DNA of 10,163 nucleotides from a virus (Duplodnaviria; Heunggongvirae; Uroviricota; Caudoviricetes): IMG/VR virus record IMGVR_UViG_2713896787_000009; one strand, 5' to 3'. Shown piece by piece: positions 6,270 to 10,163 of this stretch (position 1 is its first letter; each line of letters starts with the position of its first letter). The notes under the pieces were generated by a model. It saw only the letters and a program-made list of their open reading frames with translations, ran no database searches and was not told where the DNA came from. The position numbers and the translations under genes were made by a program.

Positions 6270-6438
6270 GGAGAAGCAGGCTATGAAGCAGCAAAAGGCG
6301 ATGTTAATCGCCCTGATCGTCATCTGTTTAACCGTCATAGTGACGGCACTGGTAACGAGGAAAGACCTCTGCGAGGTACGANTCCGAACCGGCCAGACGG
6401 AGGTCGCTGTCTTCACAGCTTACGAACCTGAGGAGTAA
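6226..6438 (+). CDS. mok: Mok-like in-frame N-terminally extended reading frame of hok
   Basis: ATG 6226, in frame with hok; N-terminus MLVTYRLPLTDRKVKEKQA resembles chromosomal Mok peptides. Confidence 0.5.
   Translation: MLVTYRLPLTDRKVKEKQAMKQQKAMLIALIVICLTVIVTALVTRKDLCEVRXRTGQTEVAVFTAYEPEE
6283..6438 (+). CDS. hok: Hok/Gef-family type I toxin (51 aa; HokD/RelF-like)
   Basis: MKQQKAMLIALIVICLTVIVTALVTRKDLCEVR?RTGQTEVAVFTAYEPEE: single transmembrane helix plus conserved C-terminus; AAGGAG RBS at 6268-6273; codon 6381-6383 contains an ambiguous base (n at 6382). Confidence 0.9.
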   Translation: MKQQKAMLIALIVICLTVIVTALVTRKDLCEVRXRTGQTEVAVFTAYEPEE

Positions 6439-6506
6439 GAGACCAGGCGGGGGAGAAATCCCTCGCCACCTCTGATGTGTCAGGCATCCTCAACGCACCC
6501 GCACTT

Positions 6507-6535
6507 AACCCGCTTCGGCGGGTTTTTGTTTTTAT
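6507..6535 (+). terminator. Rho-independent terminator of the hok transcript
   Basis: AACCCGC-TTCG-GCGGGTT hairpin followed by TTTGTTTTTATTTTC. Confidence 0.75.
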
Positions 6536-6658
6536 TTTCAACGCGTTTGAAGTTCCGGACGGCGCCGGAATAGAATCAAAAATACTTAAGTAGCGCGCAG
6601 GGAGAAGAGGGATGGACCCCGAACAGGGGAGTGCTATTTATCTGGAAGGATTCTGTTG

Positions 6659-6916
6659 ATGAGAATCGAAGAATTACGTGAAATTTTTAGTGAAGATGGC
6701 CTCTATACTGTGCGCGTTGAGAAGGGCGCTATTGTCAGCCACTGCCGTATTAAATGTTTACAGTCTCAACAAAGGAAGAGTGGAGCTGCGTTAATTCATT
6801 TTGTGGATGGGCTTGTGACGGATGGTTTTATTTTGCGTGCAAATGAATTTGTCACATCGTTGCCGTCTCTGAAAGAAGCTGGGATTAAGGCTGGTTTTTC
6901 TGCTTTTGAAGATTAG
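6659..6916 (+). CDS. Small hypothetical prophage protein (85 aa), in the position Rem occupies downstream of hokD in Qin-like prophages
   Basis: ATG 6659 with GGAAGGA 7 nt upstream; start overlaps the stop of a 15-codon upstream ORF (6612-6659) as TGATG. Confidence 0.55.
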   Translation: MRIEELREIFSEDGLYTVRVEKGAIVSHCRIKCLQSQQRKSGAALIHFVDGLVTDGFILRANEFVTSLPSLKEAGIKAGFSAFED

Positions 6917-6985
6917 TGAATTCATCTACAATTCAGCGCAGGGCTGAACCCCTGTTGAGTAACACTGTGCCACCGGAGAAAGCCG

Positions 6986-7264
6986 ATGGCGCAAAATTCC
7001 AGACTACACAATTCTGATAATTCAGCCGTCTTTGCCAGCAGGCACGGGCGGCGTTCTCATGCATTCAAATCTGACTGGTTCCGGCACGCCCCATGCACTG
7101 AAGAACAGGCCGAATGGCTGATTCAGAACTACCGCAGACGTGGGGATGAGTTTAGGAAAGCCCTCAGCCTCGATTATCGTCACTGGATAATCTACGTCAG
7201 GCTGCCGTACTCCGAGCGCCCACCGCGTCCGTCCCGCACATTCCAGCAACGCATCTGGAGGTAA
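6986..7264 (+). CDS. Hypothetical protein, 92 aa, basic
   Basis: ATG 6986 with GGAG 7 nt upstream; stop 7262-7264 is 1 nt before the start of the next gene. Confidence 0.5.
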   Translation: MAQNSRLHNSDNSAVFASRHGRRSHAFKSDWFRHAPCTEEQAEWLIQNYRRRGDEFRKALSLDYRHWIIYVRLPYSERPPRPSRTFQQRIWR

Positions 7265-7265
7265 C

Positions 7266-8321
7266 GTGCGGGTATTACTTCGACCTGTTCCGGTACCGGA
7301 ACTTGGGTTGGTGGTCCTTAAACCAGGCCGTGAATCCATGCAGGTATTCCATAACCCTCGAGTGCTTGTGGAGCCGGAACCGAAAAGCATGCGCGGTCTG
7401 CCGTCCGGCATCGTCCCTGCCGTTCGCCAGCCGCTGGCGGAGGATAAATCATTACTGCCGTTTTTCAGCAATGAGCGTGTGATTCGTGCTGTTGGTGGCG
7501 CTGGTGCACTGTCTGACTGGCTGTTGCGTCATGTCAAATCCTGCCAGTGGCCTCATGGTGACTATCATCACAGTGAAACCGTTATTCACCGTTATGGTAC
7601 CGGCGCAATGGTGTTGTGCTGGCACTGCGACAACCAGCTGCGTGACCAGACATCCGAATCACTCGAGCAACTTGCTCATCAAAACCTGTCAGCATGGATG
7701 ATTGACGTCATCGGTCACGCAATAAGCGGTACGCAGGAGCGTGAATTATCTCTGGCTGAATTATCCTGGTGGGCGGTCCGCAATCAGGTGGCGGACGCGC
7801 TACCGGAAGCGGTATTACGTCGTTCGCTGGGGTTGCGTGCGGAAAAAATCCGCTCAATGTACCGTGAAAGCGACATCGTACCGGGAGAGCAGACCGCCAC
7901 CATCATACTGAAGCAGCGCACAAAAAATCTTGCGCCGCTGCCTCACGCCCACCAGCAAAACCCGCCACAGGAAAAGACGGTGGTCAGCATTGCCGTTGAT
8001 CCGGAGTCACCGGCTCAGTATCTCCAGCGCCAGAAACCACAACGGGAAGAGATGCCTGTATACACGCGCTGGGTAAAAACGCAGAAATGCATGACGTGCG
8101 GTAATCAGGCAGATGATCCGCATCACATCATTGGTCATGGACTGGGAGGGATGGGAACAAAGGCTGATGATTTGTTTGTTATTCCGCTGTGCCGTAAATG
8201 TCATAACGAACTGCACGCTGGGGTAAAAGATTTTGAAGAAAAACACGGCAGCCAGCTGTTGTTGCTGATTCGTTTTTTAATGCACGCGAGAAATTCGGGT
8301 GTCCTGAAGTGGAAAGCATGA
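7266..8321 (+). CDS. DUF968-like nin-region protein with C-terminal HNH-type zinc-finger motif (YdfU-like), GTG start
   Basis: GTG 7266 with GGAGG 4 nt upstream; 351 aa; C-terminal CMTCGN...HHIIGHG...CRKCHNELH; stop abuts the rusA start. Confidence 0.75.
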   Translation: MRVLLRPVPVPELGLVVLKPGRESMQVFHNPRVLVEPEPKSMRGLPSGIVPAVRQPLAEDKSLLPFFSNERVIRAVGGAGALSDWLLRHVKSCQWPHGDYHHSETVIHRYGTGAMVLCWHCDNQLRDQTSESLEQLAHQNLSAWMIDVIGHAISGTQERELSLAELSWWAVRNQVADALPEAVLRRSLGLRAEKIRSMYRESDIVPGEQTATIILKQRTKNLAPLPHAHQQNPPQEKTVVSIAVDPESPAQYLQRQKPQREEMPVYTRWVKTQKCMTCGNQADDPHHIIGHGLGGMGTKADDLFVIPLCRKCHNELHAGVKDFEEKHGSQLLLLIRFLMHARNSGVLKWKA

Positions 8322-8687
8322 ATGACTGAACGGATAGAATTTGTTTTGCCTTACCCGCCGACGGTGAATACCTACTGGCGACGTCATGGCAATACGTATT
8401 TCATCTCGGAAGCCGGAAAGCGTTATCGCCGTGATGTGGCGCTAATTGTTCGCCAGCAGCGGCTGAAATTAAACCTGTCCGGAAGGCTGGTGATAAAGAT
8501 TATTGCAGAGCCACCGGATAAGCGCCGTCGTGACCTGGACAATATCCTGAAAGCACCACTGGATGTGCTGACGCATGCCGGACTTCTCATAGACGACGAG
8601 CAGTTTGATGAAATCAATATTGTGCGCGGTCAGCTCGTTCCTGGTGGGCGGCTGGGGATAAAAATCACAGAACTGGAGTGCGCATGA
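8322..8687 (+). CDS. rusA: RusA Holliday junction resolvase
   Basis: 121 aa; PYPPTVNTYWRRHGN and PDKRRRDLDN motifs, with my recollection of K-12 RusA (unverified); ATG directly follows the upstream stop. Confidence 0.9.
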   Translation: MTERIEFVLPYPPTVNTYWRRHGNTYFISEAGKRYRRDVALIVRQQRLKLNLSGRLVIKIIAEPPDKRRRDLDNILKAPLDVLTHAGLLIDDEQFDEINIVRGQLVPGGRLGIKITELECA

Positions 8688-9373
8688 ATAACCACTATTT
8701 ACAGTTTGTGCGTGAGCAGCTCATTATCGCCACCGCTGATTTGAGTGGGGCAACAAAAGGTCAGCTTGAAGCCTGGCAGGAGAATGCCATGTTCGATACA
8801 GGGCGTTACAGGCGAAAAAAAATCCGGTACCGCGATGAAGTGACTGGAAAAATGATAACGCGGGATAATCCACCAATCCCGGGAAAGCAATCGCTGGCGA
8901 AGGTGACGTCAATTCCTCTGGTCAGTCCGGTTGAGTTTTCGACATCATCGTGGCGGCGGGCTGTTCTGTCTCTTGAAGAACATCATAAAGCCTGGTTGTT
9001 GTGGTGTTACAGCGGGAGTATTTGTTGGGAATATCAGATCGCGATAACACAGTGGGCGTGGAATGAATTTAATACTCAATCCGGTACCAGAAAAATTGCT
9101 GGGAAAACGCAGGAACGCCTGAAAAAATTAATCTGGCTGGCGGCGCAGGCAGTAAAAGCAGAACTTTTTGGTGGGGAAGGTTATGAATATCAGGAGCTGG
9201 CATTACTGGCGGGAGTGACAACTAAAAACTGGTCCAAAACATTTACTCGTCACTGGGTTGCAATGAAACACATTTTTCACCGACTGGATAGTGAGGCTTT
9301 ATTATTTGTAATGAGAACACGTTCAAAACAAAAGGCGGCATTTTCAAAGCAAAGTGTTGCAAAAGTAGATTGA
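8684..9373 (+). CDS. Putative late antiterminator Q (Q-like by position; family not confirmed)
   Basis: ATG 8684 overlaps the rusA stop (ATGA); 229 aa; directly upstream of a terminator and the tRNA cluster, the slot Q holds in lambdoid and Stx phages; no clear zinc-finger motif. Confidence 0.55.
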   Translation: MNNHYLQFVREQLIIATADLSGATKGQLEAWQENAMFDTGRYRRKKIRYRDEVTGKMITRDNPPIPGKQSLAKVTSIPLVSPVEFSTSSWRRAVLSLEEHHKAWLLWCYSGSICWEYQIAITQWAWNEFNTQSGTRKIAGKTQERLKKLIWLAAQAVKAELFGGEGYEYQELALLAGVTTKNWSKTFTRHWVAMKHIFHRLDSEALLFVMRTRSKQKAAFSKQSVAKVD

Positions 9374-9436
9374 AAGGCATATATTTCATGCAAATCTGAT
9401 ATTTTGCCGATTTTGTACGTGATGGCAAAAGCAAAC

Positions 9437-9468
9437 AAAACCCGCCCACAAGCGGGTTTTGTTGTGCC
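9437..9468. terminator. Rho-independent terminator downstream of the Q-like gene (tR'-like; T-runs on both sides)
   Basis: AAAACCCGC-CCACAA-GCGGGTTTT followed by GTTGT; A-rich 5' flank gives the complement a T-run as well. Confidence 0.7.
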
Positions 9469-9530
9469 ACTTATCTCGGATAGACATGGTGAATGCGCTG
9501 GTGGAGGAGATAAGGGTGATTTTTGTATGC

Positions 9531-9559
9531 TTGCAACATTGATTTCGTAACGTTATTAT
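9531..9559 (+). promoter_or_regulatory. Sigma-70 promoter for the tRNA cluster (TTGCAA-17-TATTAT) with GC-rich discriminator
   Basis: -35 at 9531-9536, -10 at 9554-9559, exact 17-bp spacer; CCTGCGCCC follows and tRNA +1 is at 9569. Confidence 0.55.
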
Positions 9560-9568
9560 CCTGCGCCC

Positions 9569-9644
9569 GGCCCTTTAGCTCAGTGGTGAGAGCGAGCGAC
9601 TCATAATCGCCAGGTCGCTGGTTCAAATCCAGCAAGGGCCACCA
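9569..9644 (+). tRNA. tRNA with CAU anticodon: Ile2 (lysidine, ileX/ileZ-like) or Met; encoded CCA
   Basis: Cloverleaf by hand: acceptor GGCCCTT/AAGGGCC, D-stem GCTC/GAGC, anticodon loop CTCATAA, T-loop TTCAAAT, 3' ACCA; resembles E. coli ileX as I recall it. Confidence 0.85.
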
Positions 9645-9645
9645 A

Positions 9646-9721
9646 CCGCCACTAGCCATCAGGAAAGAGCGTCAACCCTTTAAGTTGAGTGTGCGAGGTT
9701 CGAGTCCCCGGTGGTGGTCCA
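9646..9721 (+). tRNA. Aberrant middle tRNA (argN position): G3:U70 acceptor, disrupted D-stem, anticodon loop CCTTTAA (UUU with C33); possible pseudo-tRNA
   Basis: Acceptor CCGCCAC/GTGGTGG with G3:U70; D-stem reduced to 2 bp by a 1-nt deletion relative to copy 2; anticodon stem TCAAC/GTTGA; T-arm CGAGG-TTCGAGT-CCCCG; encoded CCA. Confidence 0.45.
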
Positions 9722-9734
9722 TTATCGGTATTCT

Positions 9735-9808
9735 GCGTTGTTAGCTCAGCAGGACAGAGCAATTGCCTTCTAAGCAATCGGTCACTGGTTCGACTCCAGT
9801 ACAACGCG
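9735..9808 (+). tRNA. tRNA-Arg (anticodon UCU, reads AGA/AGG), argO-like; no encoded CCA
   Basis: All four stems perfect: acceptor GCGTTGT/ACAACGC, D GCTC/GAGC, anticodon ATTGC-CTTCTAA-GCAAT, T ACTGG-TTCGACT-CCAGT. Confidence 0.9.
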
Positions 9809-9899
9809 CTACACTTATTTTCCCGGCTCGCTTTTGCGGGCCTTTTTTGTATCTGCGCCACGCCCGGCGCATACCAACCACAGAGCCTTTCGGGGGGGG

Positions 9900-9949
9900 N
9901 NNNNNNNNNNNNNNNNNNNNNNNNNNNNNNNNNNNNNNNNNNNNNNNNN
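9900..9949. other. Assembly gap (50 N) after a G8 homopolymer
   Basis: Run of n characters; flanks are diverged copies of the same tRNA cluster. Confidence 0.95.
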
Positions 9950-10006
9950 GAGAGCGAGCGACTCATAATCGCCAGGTCGCTGGTTCAAATCCAGCAAGGG
10001 CCACCA
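9950..10006 (+). tRNA. Second-copy tRNA (CAU), 5' part lost in the gap
   Basis: Identical to 9588-9644 of copy 1 from the D-arm to CCA. Confidence 0.7.
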
Positions 10007-10013
10007 TCACATA

Positions 10014-10090
10014 CCGCCATTAGCTCATCAGGAAAGAGCGCCAGCTTTCGAAGCTGGTTGCGCGGAGTTCGGGTCCCCGAAGGCGGTCCA
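10014..10090 (+). tRNA. Second-copy middle tRNA: tRNA-Arg-like with anticodon UCG (loop TTTCGAA), argN-like, with non-canonical features
   Basis: Acceptor CCGCCAT/AAGGCGG (one A-A mismatch), D-stem GCTC/GAGC, anticodon stem CCAGC/GCTGG, T-loop TTCGGGT (G58), encoded CCA. Confidence 0.55.
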
Positions 10091-10103
10091 TTATCTGTAT
10101 CCT

Positions 10104-10163
10104 GCGTTGTTAGCTCAGCCGGACAGAGCAATTGCCTTCTAAGCAATCGGTCACTGGTTCGAA
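10104..10163 (+). tRNA. Second-copy tRNA-Arg (UCU), 3' end beyond window
   Basis: Matches 9735-9794 of copy 1 except one D-loop change (AGCCGGA vs AGCAGGA); truncated by the window edge. Confidence 0.8.

Noticed and set aside
6222-6416. Minus-strand 64-aa ORF antisense to hok/mok
   Set aside because: Antisense shadow of the well-supported hok frame and contains the ambiguous base; any real minus-strand product here would be a Sok-like RNA, not a protein.
7022-8246. ORFs 7022-7471 (-), 7486-7701 (+) and 8007-8246 (-) within the DUF968-like gene
   Set aside because: Embedded in or antisense to the 351-aa gene, which has an RBS, coupling to rusA and a conserved HNH-type motif.
8423-9659. Minus-strand ORFs 8423-8617, 8699-8890, 8724-8912, 9243-9470 and 9471-9659
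   Set aside because: Antisense to rusA or the Q-like gene, or overlapping the terminator and a tRNA; no independent support.
9809-9899. Expectation of Shiga toxin genes immediately downstream of the tRNA cluster
   Set aside because: Only about 90 bp of non-coding sequence (weak CCCG/CGGG hairpin plus T-run) is present before the gap; no stx-like coding sequence is visible, so toxin cargo cannot be claimed.
9652-10023. ORFs 9652-9966 (-), 9763-10023 (+) and 9815-9997 (-) with runs of X in the translation
   Set aside because: They span the 50-N assembly gap and overlap tRNA genes; artefacts of translating through N.
9569-10163. Repeated units around the tRNA region as a possible CRISPR array
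   Set aside because: The repeats fold as tRNA cloverleaves with conserved D and T arms and anticodon loops; there are no short regular repeat-spacer units.

Overview
This window reads as the early-to-late portion of a lambdoid (Stx-phage-like) enterobacterial prophage, transcribed mainly on the + strand. All calls rest on reading the sequence and translations by eye; no database search or RNA-folding tool was run. In order: (1) an immunity region with a leftward DicA-like repressor (850-1257), a divergent promoter/operator region carrying three phased YTTAG-N6-CTAAR dyads, and a rightward Cro/DicC-like gene broken by a 1-bp frameshift in a G6 run; (2) a YdaT-like gene, a replication initiator with an iteron-like repeat cluster inside its coding sequence, and a lambda-P-like helicase loader whose annotated start overlaps the initiator by 211 bp; (3) a low-GC cargo island with a degraded fimbrial-subunit-like pseudogene, a self-contained promoter-gene-terminator unit encoding a PEB3/AcfC/Paa-family secreted protein, and a hok/mok type I toxin locus; (4) a nin-like region (two small ORFs, a DUF968-like protein with an HNH-type motif, RusA) and a Q-like antiterminator; (5) a terminator, a strong tRNA promoter and a three-tRNA cluster (Ile/Met-CAU, an aberrant middle tRNA, Arg-UCU), then a 50-N assembly gap and a second, diverged copy of the same cluster running off the window end. 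No stx gene or other toxin cargo is visible downstream of the tRNAs. Several signs (the G-run frameshift, an internal N, the N gap) point to a draft-quality assembly, so frameshift-based calls are provisional.
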